Of a stretch of DNA of 64,000 nucleotides, positions 1 to 12,016 are shown piece by piece. Origin of the DNA: an uncultured delta proteobacterium (GTDB lineage: Bacteria > Myxococcota > Myxococcia > Myxococcales > Anaeromyxobacteraceae); contig CAVYBH010000017.1 of assembly GCA_963766715.1 (NCBI GenBank), positions 64,001-128,000 on the forward strand. Direction: 5' to 3'. The notes beneath the pieces are model-generated. The model worked only from the letters and a program-made list of their open reading frames with translations, had not been told where the DNA came from and did not search any database. The translations under genes and the position numbers were made by a program. The stretch's first letter is position 1. The number at the start of each line of letters is the position of its first letter.

Positions 1-29
1 GGCAGATCACCGGGGGCAAGGATCGATGA
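1..29 (+). CDS. 3' end of upstream gene (possibly formate dehydrogenase cytochrome b subunit), partial
   Basis: Frame ...QITGGKDR ends at TGA 27-29, overlapping ATG at 26 (ATGA coupling); identity inferred only from position before fdhE. Confidence 0.3.
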
Positions 30-896
30 TTCGAGCAGACGCCCGGGCTGCCGGGCGACGTGGTCTACCTGAGGTTGCCGCGCCCGGCCGAGCTCTTCGA
101 GCGCCGGGCGCGACGCTTTCGGGAGCTCGCCCCGGGCAACCCCATGGGCGATTTCCTCGAGGCGCTGGGCCACGTGGCCACCGCGCAGGCCCGCGCCGTG
201 GCTCGCGCCCCGTCCGCACCGCCGGGGGCTGGCCTTGCCACCGCCTCGCCGCTGCGCGCGACCACCTGGGCCCGCGACCCGGCCTGGCGGGACGTCCTCT
301 CCACCCTGGTGGAGGAGCTCCGCGGACGGGAGTGGCCCGCGGGCGCGAGCCGGGCGCTCGCTCGCCTGGCCAGCGCCTGGCCGGAGGAGCTGGAGTCGAT
401 GGCCGACGGCGTGCTCTCCGGCACCCCGGCCGCCACGGACCTGGCCGCCGCGCCCTTCGTGGGGGCCGCCCTCCAGGTCTACTTCGCCGCGCTCGCCTCC
501 GGGCTTCCCGCCGAGGCGGTGGAGCACGGCACGGGCGCCTGCCCGGTCTGCGACTCGCCGCCGGTGGCCGGGGTGGTGCTGGGGGACGACCGGCTCCGCT
601 ACCTGGTCTGCTCGCTCTGCGGCTCCGAGTGGAACCTGACGCGCATCCAGTGCTGGAACTGCAAGACCACGGGCGGCATCGAGTTCCTGGGCGTGGCCGG
701 CGACCCGGGCGGCCTCAAGGCCGAGGCCTGCTCTTCCTGCGGCGCGTACCTCAAGCTCTTCTATCGCGAGAAGATGCCGTCGGTGGAGCCCCTGGCCGAC
801 GACGTGGCCTCGCTGACGCTCGACCTGCTCGCCGCGCAGGACGGATGGGCCCGGAGCGGCGTGAACCTCTTCCTCCTCGGCGGCGGCGAGGGATAG
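26..896 (+). CDS. fdhE: Formate dehydrogenase accessory protein FdhE (probable 1-nt indel near 30)
   Basis: CPVC..P, RYLVCSLCGSEW, CWNC, AEACSSCGAYLK and DDVASLTLD motifs; removing one T after ATG26 gives MIEQTPGLPGDVVYL, in frame with ORF 60..896. Confidence 0.9.
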
Positions 897-899
897 CCG

Positions 900-1511
900 T
901 TGCGCAGGCGTCGCGTCCCGGACCTCTCCCGGCGCTGCCCGGGGTGCTTCTTCCCCCCCAGCCACTGCCTGTGCGCCGAGGTGCCGCGCGTGGAGAACCG
1001 CACGCGCGTCTTCATGGTCCGCCACTGGCAGGAGCGGGTGCGCACGACCAACTCCGGCCGATGGGCCGCGCTCGCCCTCTCCCGCTGCGAGATTCGTGGA
1101 CCACGGCGTCCCGGCCGCACCGCTCGACGGGTCGGTCATCCCGTCCCGCGGAGCGGCGGTGCTCTTCCCCTCGCCCGCGAGGCGGGCTCCCCTCTCCGCT
1201 CCCGGAGACCCTCGTGGTCCTCGACGCCACCTGGGCCCAGGCCCGTCGCATGCTGCAGCGCATCCCCGCGCTGCAGACGCTCCCGCGCGTCTCCCTGCCG
1301 GGCGGGCTGGCCGAGCGGCTTCGTCAACCCACGGTGAAGGGCGGGATGTCGACCATCGAGGCGCTGGCCGCGGCGCTCGACCTGCTGGGGGACGCCGAGG
1401 CCTCCCGCGCCCTCGAGGCCACCTGGCGGCTCGCGGTGGAGCGCGGCTTCTCCCTGCGCTGGTCGACCGAGCGACGCGACGCCCTTCGAGCCGGGACGGG
1501 TCGCGCCGTGA
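900..1511 (+). CDS. DTW-domain tRNA-uridine aminocarboxypropyltransferase (frameshifted near 1095 and 1180)
   Basis: RCPGC..CLC, TTNSG, VLFP, LVVLDATWAQARRM and STIEA pieces spread over three frames. Confidence 0.85.
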
Positions 1512-2498
1512 CGCCCCCTCCCTTCCGGCGCGCCCCCTGGCTCCCCGGGCCCCACCTGGGAACCGTCTACGCGAGCGTCGCCCGTCCCCTGCCCCGTCCC
1601 CGGTTCAGGCGGGAGCGCTGGGAGCTCGCCGACGGGGACTTCCTCGACGTCGACCGCCTCGAGGGGGCTTCCCCGGAAGCCCCGGTGCTCGTGGTCTCCC
1701 ACGGCCTCGAGGGCAGCTCGCGCGCCTCCTACGTCCGCGGGCTCGCGGCGGCCGCCCGCCGGCGCGGCCTCGCCGTCGCCGCCTGGAACTTCCGCGGATG
1801 CTCGGGCGAGCCCAACCGCCTGCTCCGGCAGTACCACTCCGGGGACACCGGCGACCTCGCCTCGGTCGTGGAGCGGCTCCGGGCCGAGGCCCCCGGTCGC
1901 GCCGTGGTGCTGGCCGGCTTCTCCCTGGGCGGCAACCAGCTCGTGAAGTGGCTCGGGGAGCGCGGGGAGGACCTTCCGGCCGAGGTCCGGGGCGCCGTCG
2001 CCGTCTCGGTTCCGTTCGACCTGGCGCGCTGCGCCTCGGCCCTCGACGGGCCGGGGTTCTGGCCCTGGGTGTACCGGGAGAGGTTCCTCCGGCGCCTCCG
2101 GAGAAAGGCGTTGCGGAAGGCCGTGGAGCATCCCGGACGCATCGACGCGGATGCGGTCCGGCGAGCCACCACCTTCTCCGAGTACGACGGCCTGGTCACG
2201 GCGCCGCTGCACGGATTCGAGAGCGCGGAGGACTACTGGACGCGCTCCAGCGCCGCCCGGTTCGTGTCCGGGGTGAGGCGGCCGCTCCTGCTCGCTCTCC
2301 GCCGACGACGACCCCCTGGTCCCCGCCGTGTCGCTGCCCGTCGAGGCGGCCGCCGGGAACCCTGCCGTGGCCCTGGAGGTGACGACGGGCGGCGGACACG
2401 TGGCCTTCGTCTCCGGCCCTCCCTGGCGCCCCGGGTACTGGGCGGAGGAGCGGGCGGTCGACTTCCTGGTCCGTCGCCTGGACGGCGCGCCCGGCTGA
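1508..2498 (+). CDS. YheT-family alpha/beta hydrolase (frameshift near 2296)
   Basis: RRERWELADGDFLDVD, HGLEGSS, NFRGCSGEPN, YHSGDTGD, GFSLGGN, DDPLVP, GGHVAF; GTG at 1508. Confidence 0.9.
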
Positions 2499-2502
2499 TC
2501 GG

Positions 2503-3524
2503 TCAGGGGACGAGCACCACCTTCCCCACGTTGCCTCGCCCGTGCAGCCGCTCGTGGGCCCGGCCCGCCTCGGCGAACGGGAAGGAGGAATCGATGCGCG
2601 GACGGATGCGCCCCTCGCGGAAGAGGCTCGAGCAGCGCCTGGATCTCGCCCAGGACCATCTCCGGCTCCCCCCACAGGTGGCCCATGTTCACGCCCGCCA
2701 CGCCCCGGTTGTCCTCCATCAGCGCGAGCGGGGAGAAGCGCGGGACGGAGAGGAACTCGCGCGCCACGTGGAGCAGCGACCGGCGCGGCCCCGTCGCCAT
2801 GTTGGCGAAGCCGTAGGTCACGAGGAGCCCGGCGGGGCGGAGCAGGTCGTACCCCTTCCGCCAGTCGGCGCCGCCCAGCGCGTCGAGCACCATGTCGACG
2901 CCCCGGCCTCCGGTGAGCTGGCGGACCTCCGCGGCGTAGTCGCGGGTCCGGTAGTCGATGGGATGATCGCACCCCTCGTCGCGGATCGCCGCGTGCTTGG
3001 CGGCCGAGGCGGTCCCGAAGACGGTCACGCCGGGCACCGTCCGGGCGAGCTGGATGGCCGCGATCCCCACCCCGCCCGCGGCCATGTGGACGAGCACCGA
3101 CTGTCCGCGCGACAGGTGGCCGACCCGGAAGAGCGCGTGGTAGGCGGTCACGTAGTTCACCGGCAGCGCCGCTCCCTGCTCGAAGGTCATCCCGTCCGGC
3201 ATGGGGAACGCGTGCGGGGCCGGGAGGACCACCGCCTCGGCGTGCCCTCCGAAGCGGACGAGCGCGAGCACGCGGTCGCCCACGGCCGGCGTCCCGACCC
3301 CCGTCGCCCACCGCGTCGACGACGCCCGCCACCTCGTAGCCGACCACGGCGGGCAGCTTCGGCGCGTCGGGGTAGAGCCCCATGCGCGCCATCAACTCGG
3401 CGAAGTTGAGCCCGGCGGCCTTCACCCGGATCCGGACCTGCCCGGGTCCCGGAACGGGGTCCGGCGTGTCCCGCACCTCCAGCACCTCGGGCCCGCCGTG
3501 GCGGGTGATCCAGACCGATCTCAT
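2503..3524 (-). CDS. VAT-1-like medium-chain dehydrogenase / quinone oxidoreductase (frameshifts near 3290 and 2625)
   Basis: HGGPEVL, AAGLNFAELMARMGLY, GYEVAG, VNYVTAY, VLVHMAAGGVG, GKVVL. Confidence 0.88.
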
Positions 3525-3613
3525 GGCACGCTCCCCGGAGGTCCATATCCTCCGGCCCCGGCGCGCGCCCGGGTCGTGGCGGCGGGCCTCGCGGGGCGCT
3601 ACCCTCCGTCGCC

Positions 3614-4483
<870 letters not shown>

Positions 4484-5730
4484 CGGACCAGGATGACGAC
4501 CAGCAGCACGCCGGCCACCGTGATCCCGGCGTCGAAGGCCAGCGCACCCCGCGCGCCGATCTCCTTCGGCCAGGTCCCGGCGAGCCCGCGGAACTCGCTG
4601 GCCCAGCCGTCCAGCTTGGTGACGCCGCTGATGGCGAAGTTGGAGGAGGCCACGAACAGCGCGTACTTGGTGGCCACCGCGGCGGTGTCGCCGACCACCT
4701 CCAGCACCATCCCGGCCCAGGTCGCGAAGGCGATGCCGTTCGCGAAGTTGTAGGCCAGCGTGCCCCAGGTGTAGGTGGCGGGGGTCATGGGGGACGCCAG
4801 CATGGCGACCGCGGCCAGCGCGGTCAGGCCTCCCGCGAACGCATAGGCCAGGCGCCGGTTCATCCGATCGGCGATGAACCCTCCCGCCAGGGAGCCGAGC
4901 CCACCCGCGAGCCCCCCGCCGATCCCGTTCACGATCTCGACCACGTGCTGGTCGGCCCCGTACTCGATCGCCATCCCGGAGAAGAGGTTGGTGAGCGCGC
5001 CGCACCCCACCGGGGCGAGGGAGATGACCACGGCGGTGAATCCCTGGAGGCTGGAAGCGGTCTCCCAGAGGTCGTGGGCCATGGCCCGGATTCGCAGGCC
5101 GAGCGCCCGGAGCACGCCGCCCGCCCGGGCCGCCGCATCCGCCGCCATCCGGCGCTCGTGAATCGTCACGGCGCCGGCTCCGGCCGCCACGACCAGCCCG
5201 GCGAGGACCGCCGCGGCGCCCCAGGGCGGAAGGCCGGTCGAGACCCACAGGGCGATCGCGCCCAGGATCCCCGTCCCGCCGACGTTGCCCGCCATGTAGA
5301 AGCCGCCCGCCTTGCCCTTCTGGTCGGGGTGCGTGGTCATGGCGATGAGCGCGTTCAGCGCCGCGGAGGTCGTGGCCGCGGCGGCCTGCAGCGCGGTGAC
5401 CATCACCGTGAGCAGGGCGATGTGACGGGCCGGATCGGCAACCAGCGAGGCGGCCGCGAGGAGCGCCGCGGTGACGCCCACCATCCCGAGGTACCAGAGC
5501 TTCCGGTGTCCGACGATGTCGATGATCGGCACCCAGAAGATCTTGAGCGCGTGCGGCATGAAGCCGATCGCCGACACCGTGGCGATCTCCCCGAGCGGAA
5601 ACCCCGGCCGCGGAGAGGCGAAACGGCACCGCAATCATCAGGAACCCGATGGCGGCTCCGAAGGGAAGCTCCAGGAACAGGTAGAGCCAGGGCCGGGTGA
5701 AGCGCTGCTCCTCACCCTCGACGTGCTCGG

Positions 5731-8290
5731 TCAACGGCTCTCCTTCCGGCTGGAGAGCCAGGCGCTCACCGCGGGCGAGATGCGCTCCCAGAGCGCCACG
5801 TCCTGCCCGAGCCGCTCCAGCGTCTGCGCGATTCCCTGTCGCGCGGCCGGCACGTCGTGGGCGGCGAAGAAGGCCCGCGCGTCGTCGAGCTGCTGGCGGG
5901 TGGTGAGGGCGCCGATGCCTTCGACCACCCGTCTCAGCATGAGCGGCGCGTCGGCGAGCTTGCCCTGCAGGGACGCCCATCGCTCCCGGAGCAGCGCCCA
6001 GAAGGGGCCGGCGGCGGCGCGGTTGCCGAGCAGGGCTCCCGCGAAGATGGCCAGGTCCTGGAGCGGCACCTCGTCGTCGAACGGGATCTCGGCCGCGCGG
6101 CGTGCCAGGACAGGAGACTCGAAGAGGGCCACGCCCATCCGGTAGCGCTTCTGCAGCGCCGGCTCCTTCTCCTCGCGCGCGAGCCTGCGGAACTGCTCGA
6201 AGCGAGCCTCGGCCCCGTCGCGGGCCGCCACGGCCACGGCCACGTCGTGCAGGTTGGGCTCGAGCGCATCGCGCTCCCCCGCGAGGAAGCGGTCCAGGCG
6301 GCGGACCAGCGCCTCGGAGGTGTCGGGACTCCTCGCCACGAGCGCCACGCCACGCGCCAGGGCGGCTCGCCTGAGCCTGTCGTCGCCGTCGTCGGTGGCC
6401 CGGCCGTCGAGCCCCGCCCTGTCCAGCGCGGGCCGGAGCAGCCCGGCGGCGAAGCGGCGGAAGCGCTCCTTCGGGCCTTCGCCCACCAGGCGGTGCTCGA
6501 CGGCGGCCAGGCGGCCGACGAGCTCGTCGAGGACCGCCCGGTCCTCCTCCCCCTCGAAGGCGGCGAGGAGATCGAGGAAGGGCTCGGGCGCCCGGATCCC
6601 CGCGCGGAGGAGCGCCCACTCGTCGGCGAGCAGGCCGGTCCGCTCCTCCGGGCGCAGGTCCCGGAGGTGCCGGGCCATCGCGGCACGGTCGGACGAGGCG
6701 GCGTCGACCCGGTAGAAGCCGGTGGACCCGGCGTTGCCGTGGACCCACCGGACCGGCCCCGCGGCGTCGAGGATCACCTCGGCCGTCTCGGTCCGGAGGA
6801 GCAGCCGCTGCTCGCGGATCCCCCGGTCGTCGGCGAAGCGGAGCACCACCGGGACCGGCCAGAGCCCCGGAGCGACCGCACCCGGCTCGGAGAGGAAGCG
6901 GCGCTGCGAGAGGCGCACCTTCGCGCCCTCGGTGGCCAGCGAGAGGAGCGGATACCCGGGCTGCCGGATCCAGGCGTTCGCCAGCTCCAGGACCGGCTGG
7001 CCGGACGACTCCTGAAGGGCGGTCCACAGGTCGTCGGCCACGGCGTTGGCCCGGGCGAAGCGGCGCATGTAGAGCCGGAATCCCCTCCCGGAAGGCGTCC
7101 TCCCCCAGCCAGGCCTCGATCATGCGGAGCACCGCCCCGCCCTTCTCGTAGGTGATGAGGTCGAAGGCCTCCCCCATGTCCTCGGGGTTGCGCACCTCGG
7201 CGTGGATGGGGTGGGTGGAGCGGAGCGCATCGAGCCCGAGCGCCGCCGACTTGCCCTGGTCGAAGTCGAGCCAGATGCGCCACTCCGGCTTCCAGCCGGC
7301 CACGATCTTGTAGGCCATCCAGGTCGCGAACGACTCGTTCAGCCAGAGGTCGTCCCACCAGCGCATGGTGACCCAGTTGCCGAACCATTGATGGGCCAGC
7401 TCGTGGGTGACCACCTCGGCGATCCGCTTCTTCACGGGAAGTGACGCGGTGGCGGGGTCGACGAGGAGCGCGGTCTCCCGGTAGGTGACGAGCCCCGCGT
7501 TCTCCATGGCGCCGAACTCGAAGTCCGGGAGTCCCACCTGGTCGAGCTTGCCGAAGGCATAGGGCACGGCGAAGTAGTCCTCGAGCCTGGGGAGGACGGC
7601 GGTGGCTGCCTCCTGCCCGAACGCGGTGAGATCGGCCTTGCTGGGGATCGCCCAGGTCCGGACCGGGACGCCGCGGACATCCTCCCCGGGCCCGGACGCC
7701 ATGTTCCCGACGACCAGGGCGACGAGGTAGGTGGGAAGCGGCGGGGTCTCGGCGAAGGAGACCACGTCCCGGCCGCCGCGCGTCTCCCGTGCGGTCTCCC
7801 TGCCGTTCGAGAGGGCCACCGAGCCCCGGGGGACCTCCAGCGTCACGGCCCAGGGCGCCTTGAAGCCGGGCTCGTCCAGGCAGGGGAAGACACGGCGGGC
7901 GTCGGCGGCCTCGAACTGGGTCGCGGCGAGAGGGCCCGCCCGGTACAGGCCGCGCAGGCCGGGGCTGAAGGCGCCCTCCCAGGCCACCTCGACCTCGGCG
8001 GGGCCGGCCGGGAGGCGCGAACCGATGGACAGGAGGACGGTCTCGCTGGCCGGGAAGGGCTCGACGCGCGCCTGGGTAACGGCATCTCCGGTGCGAATCG
8101 TCGCCCGCGTGATGCGGAGCCCCGCCGCGTGCAGGGCGATGCCCTCCGACGGGGCATCGAGGCGGAGCGCGATGCGGACGTGGCCGTGGAAGGTCCCGGC
8201 CGCTGGATCGAGCGACAGGAAAGGCTCGTAGCGGAGCGGGCGGACCGTCTCGGGCAGCCGGAAGTTTCGGTCGGTGGGGGGAATCGCCAT
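5731..8290 (-). CDS. pepN: M1-family aminopeptidase (puromycin-sensitive/PepN type; frameshift near 7080)
   Basis: TQFEAADARR, GAMEN, HELAHQW...LWLNE, YEKG motifs, ERAP1-like C-terminus. Confidence 0.93.
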
Positions 8291-8416
8291 GGATGTCCTC
8301 CGGGTCGCGCACTCGTTTACTTGGCAGGCGGTCCGGGGGCCAGCGGAAACGGTCGCGGCGCTTCCGCCAATTTGTGGGGTCGCCGCGCGCGTTCTACACT
8401 CCCCGTGGGGGGGAAC

Positions 8417-9343
8417 ATGAAGGTCCTGATCGCCGAGGACGACGCGCTCCTTCGCCAGATGCTCCAGGGGCAGCTCGACGCCTCCGGATACGAGCTGGTG
8501 ACCGCAGCCAACGGGCTCGAGGCCTGGGAGACGCTCCAGCGGGAGCACTTCCGCATGCTCCTCGTGGACTGGATGATGCCCGGGCTGGACGGCCCCGACC
8601 TGATCCGCCGCATCCGCGGTGCGGGGTGGAACGCCTACACGTACATCATCCTCCTCACCGCCCGGAGCGGGCGCGAGGACGTCGTCGAGGGGCTGAACGC
8701 GGGCGCGGACGACTACGTGACGAAGCCCTTCAGCCAGGAGGAGCTGCTGGCCCGCATGGGCGTGGGCGCCCGGATCCTGGAACTGGAATCCCGCCTGAGC
8801 GAGTCGCTGGCGCGGGAGGAGGCGCTGGCGACCCGGGACAGCTTGACGGGGTTGCCGAACCGGCGCGCCCTCTACGATCGCGCCCGGGCCGAACTGAGCC
8901 GCGCCGCGAGGGAGAACGGGAGCGTCGGCGTCATCCTCGTGGATCTCGACCACTTCAAGCGCATCAACGACCAGTTCGGCCACGCTGCCGGCGACGAGGC
9001 CCTGTGCCGGATCGCCGACGTGCTCCAGCGGACGCGACGGGAATACGACTACGCAGGGCGCTGGGGCGGGGAGGAGTTCCTCGTCATCCTTCCCGGAGCC
9101 ACCCTCGCGCAGGCCGGGCTCGTCGCGGAGCGGATCCGCGCCGCCATGGAGACCATCACCCTGCGACAGGAAGGGGCGACCCCCACCGCACTCCGGGCCA
9201 GCATGGGCGTGGCCAGCGCCTCGCCGGCGGCCCGGCCCCTGGGGCTGGACGAGCTCCTGCTGCAGGCCGACGACGCCCTGTACCGGGCCAAGGCGGGCGG
9301 GCGCAACCGGGTGTGCCTCCACACGCCGGTCGGCGGCCCCTGA
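8417..9343 (+). CDS. Response-regulator diguanylate cyclase (REC-GGDEF)
   Basis: KVLIAEDD, DWMMPGLDG, DLDHFKRIND, RxxD I-site (REYD) and GGEEF. Confidence 0.95.
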   Translation: MKVLIAEDDALLRQMLQGQLDASGYELVTAANGLEAWETLQREHFRMLLVDWMMPGLDGPDLIRRIRGAGWNAYTYIILLTARSGREDVVEGLNAGADDYVTKPFSQEELLARMGVGARILELESRLSESLAREEALATRDSLTGLPNRRALYDRARAELSRAARENGSVGVILVDLDHFKRINDQFGHAAGDEALCRIADVLQRTRREYDYAGRWGGEEFLVILPGATLAQAGLVAERIRAAMETITLRQEGATPTALRASMGVASASPAARPLGLDELLLQADDALYRAKAGGRNRVCLHTPVGGP

Positions 9344-9571
9344 CCCCGCCAGCCGGACGCTGGCAGGGCGTCCCGTCGCGGGCGACTCCCCCCGTTCGGC
9401 GGATTGCTTGGAGCTGCAACGATCCGTTTGCACCTTTCCGAGAACTCCCCGCAGGTCCCGCCGGTCCAGGCCATTCCCGGGATTCCGGCAGAACGACATG
9501 CCCCTTCGGCGGCTTCCGTCATGACGCGATACGGCGTAACCGAGCACCCTCGCCCTGGAGGGAACCATCGA

Positions 9572-10350
9572 ATGGCTCGATACCCGCTCGTCGTCCCGTT
9601 GTTCGCTGCGATGGTCCTGGCTGCCTGTTCGGGGCGCTCGCCCGGCGCCGATCCCGCACAGACCGACCCTGCGGACGCCGTCGTCACGGCGCCCGCGGAC
9701 ACCAGCGTCCAGCCTGGGGCGTTGCTGCGGTTCTCGGCCACGGTCGCCGGCGCGGCGGGGGTCCGGTGACGTGGTCGGTCGACGAGCCCGATGGCGGCAC
9801 GATCGACTCGAGCGGGATCTACACGGCGCCGGCCCACGAGGGCACCTTCCACGTCCGCGCGGAGCGAGCCGGGGCGACGAGCAGCGGCGTGACGGTGGCG
9901 GGCGCGCTGCGGGTGGCGGGAGATCCGTCCACCTCCCTGAAGAAGAAGGGCGGGGGCACGAGCGTCGTTCACGTCTCGAGGACCGCGGCGCAAACCGTCG
10001 CCGTGACCATCGCGCCGGCCACGGCGGCCCTGGACGCCTGCGGCGGACAGCCGTTCAAGGCCAGCGTGACCGGTGTCGTCGATACCCGCCTCACCTGGAC
10101 CGTGAGCGAGGCCGGAGGCGGAACCGTGACGAGCGGGGCCTACGCCGCGCCCCAGACGCCCGGGACCTACCACGTGGTGGCGGCGAGCGTCGCCAATCCG
10201 ACGAGAGTGGCCCTCGCCACGGTGACGGTCGGCCCGGAGAAGGTGCTCTCCCTGACGGTGAGTCCCGGAAGCGGCCTCGTGAACCCGAGCGGAACGCTCC
10301 CCCTCTCGGCGACGATGACGACGAGCTGCGGGACGTTCCCGGCCCAGTGA
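9572..10350 (+). CDS. Lipoprotein with repeated Ig-like modules (frameshift near 9760)
   Basis: GGAGG RBS, lipobox LAAC, repeats VTWSV..GG...G.YTAP...GTFHV and LTWTV..GG...GAYAAP...GTYHV. Confidence 0.75.
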
Positions 10351-10401
10351 CGCCGCCGAAGTGGGCGGTGCAGGCCGGGGACCGGCGTCGGCGGGCCCGG
10401 G

Positions 10402-10798
10402 TCAGGACGTGCGACAACGGGGGCACGGAGGCGGCGGGAGCGCCCGATCGCGTTCCTCGGCCGCGAGCTCGTCGAGGAGCTGATCGGCGACTCCGCCTCT
10501 CGTCGCCTCGAGCCACACCTGCTTCGTGTACCCAGGTGCTCGCGAGCGCGATGCGCCGGCTCGATACCGGAGTGTGCTCTTGGCCTCTGGCGCACTCCGC
10601 TGGGGTTCTGGCGTCCCACCCAGGGCAGTCAGGAGGCGAAGCTGCCGCGACCGGCCAGGCGCCCCGCCTCCAGGCGGTGGACCTCCCCCTCGATGGCCCG
10701 TGACTCGGTTCGCCTCGTCGAGCGCCGAGCCCGAGGATCTCGTCGAGCGCTCGGGCGCCGGCTTGCCGGTTCCGTCGATGGTCACGCAACTCGGACAT
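10402..10798 (-). pseudogene. Degraded or multiply frameshifted hypothetical gene
   Basis: Protein-like fragments switch between frames (LDEANRV, EVHRLEAG, GYTKQVWLEATRGGVADQLLDELAAEE, CPRC). Confidence 0.3.
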
Positions 10799-11081
10799 GG
10801 TTGTCGCCCCCAGGCGTCTGGACATGCGCATCGGCCCCCGAGTCGCCATCCGGCGCTTCCTTCAGGACGACGGGACCGGAGGGATGTGACGCCGGCGGGG
10901 AGCCTACCGATACCCCGGCTCGTCGGGCTGGGAGGCCTCCCGGCGCGCGAGCCACTCGTTCAGCCGGTGCAGTCGAACCGAGACTCCGACCCGGACCACG
11001 AGGAGGATGGCCAGCGTGAGGACAGCCACGAGGCAGATGTAATCCGGGTCGAGACCTGGCGCCTCCCGGCGCCGGCCGTGC

Positions 11082-11312
11082 TCAGGCCACGTGGGAGTGG
11101 CCCGCGACCTCGTCCGCGTAGTCCTGGACCCGCAGCCGGCAATCCGGGCACGATCGGAAGCGCCTGTACGCCGTGTCGCTGGCCGGGACGGCGTGGCCGC
11201 ACACCAGGACGTCGAAGAGCCCGGTGCCCTGAGGCTCGTTGAGCTTCTGGATCCGTCGCCACGTCTCGGGAACGGTGAACCGCCGGACATCCCGGCTCGC
11301 AACTCTCGCCAT
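11082..11312 (-). CDS. Small hypothetical protein, possible zinc ribbon (CGH...CPDC)
   Basis: 76 aa, normal composition, G-rich RBS upstream of ATG. Confidence 0.55.
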   Translation of the reverse strand: MARVASRDVRRFTVPETWRRIQKLNEPQGTGLFDVLVCGHAVPASDTAYRRFRSCPDCRLRVQDYADEVAGHSHVA

Positions 11313-11379
11313 TGCAGGGCCCCCCCCACAGGATTCACCTGGAGTCTATTCTCGGGGGGCCGCCTCGTCCAGCGGGCAG

Positions 11380-11418
11380 AAAAACGCCCCCACCGCACCG
11401 ACAGGCGAGGTGGGGGCG
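11380..11418 (-). terminator. Intrinsic terminator
   Basis: 10-bp stem (11385-11394 with 11409-11418) followed by U5 on the minus strand. Confidence 0.75.
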
Positions 11419-11490
11419 CAGCGCTCGACGGCTGGGGGGGGAGACGCCGCCAAGCACATCCGGGAATCCACGACGCGGTCGCCAGCCTCG
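11380..11490 (-). ncRNA. Candidate small RNA with C-rich tract
   Basis: TAGAAT at 11494-11499, GGCUGG/CCAGCC closing stem, UCUCCCCCCCC tract, terminator, no credible ORF. Confidence 0.35.
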
Positions 11491-11569
11491 ATCATTCTAC
11501 AACGGATCCGGCTTCGACATTCCTTGCACCCCCAACGACAGCCGCCTGCTGGTGCGGTCCCCGCCTGGT

Positions 11570-11815
11570 CTAGCGCTCCGAGCCGGGGGGCGGCGAACCT
11601 GCAACCAGCGCGTCGAGGCGGTAGGCCTCGGTGACCCCGGCCGTCCAGGCATCCGCCGATGACCCGAACGAGGGGCCGAGCGGGACCCCGTCCACGATCG
11701 CCGCCCACCCGTTCACGTTCCCCGTCAGTTCGAGGAGATGCGCCCGTACCTGATACTGGACCTGGATGACAGGTCGTGCCCTGGCTGCCGCCGCCCGATC
11801 CGCTTTCTTCGCCAT
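11570..11815 (-). CDS. Small hypothetical protein (81 aa)
   Basis: Purine-rich region (AAGGAG) upstream; protein-like sequence W..IVDG...F....DAW.AGV.EA.RLD. Confidence 0.6.
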   Translation of the reverse strand: MAKKADRAAAARARPVIQVQYQVRAHLLELTGNVNGWAAIVDGVPLGPSFGSSADAWTAGVTEAYRLDALVAGSPPPGSER

Positions 11816-12016
11816 CCCGCCTATCTACTCCTTCCCGCGAACCGGCGCTCGCCGCCGAGCACGGAACGGCAGCCTCGGGCGCAGGCGCACTCAATGTTTA
11901 CTTCGCGTGTACCCTCATTGGGCGCCGGATCGATTTGATTCCGCCCTCTCGAGGCGCCCATGCTCGCCGGCGACGTTTCCCCGTACCGCGCCTCGCGTGC
12001 GCGACCTGGAGGGACC

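Noticed and set aside
900..2498. Apparent DTW-YheT fusion
   Set aside because: A GTGA start/stop overlap sits at the junction (1508-1511) and the DTW gene already has indels; two coupled genes are more likely
8417..9343. Possible cGAMP-making Hypr GGDEF enzyme
   Set aside because: The specificity residue is the canonical Asp (GHAAGDEAL), not Ser or Thr
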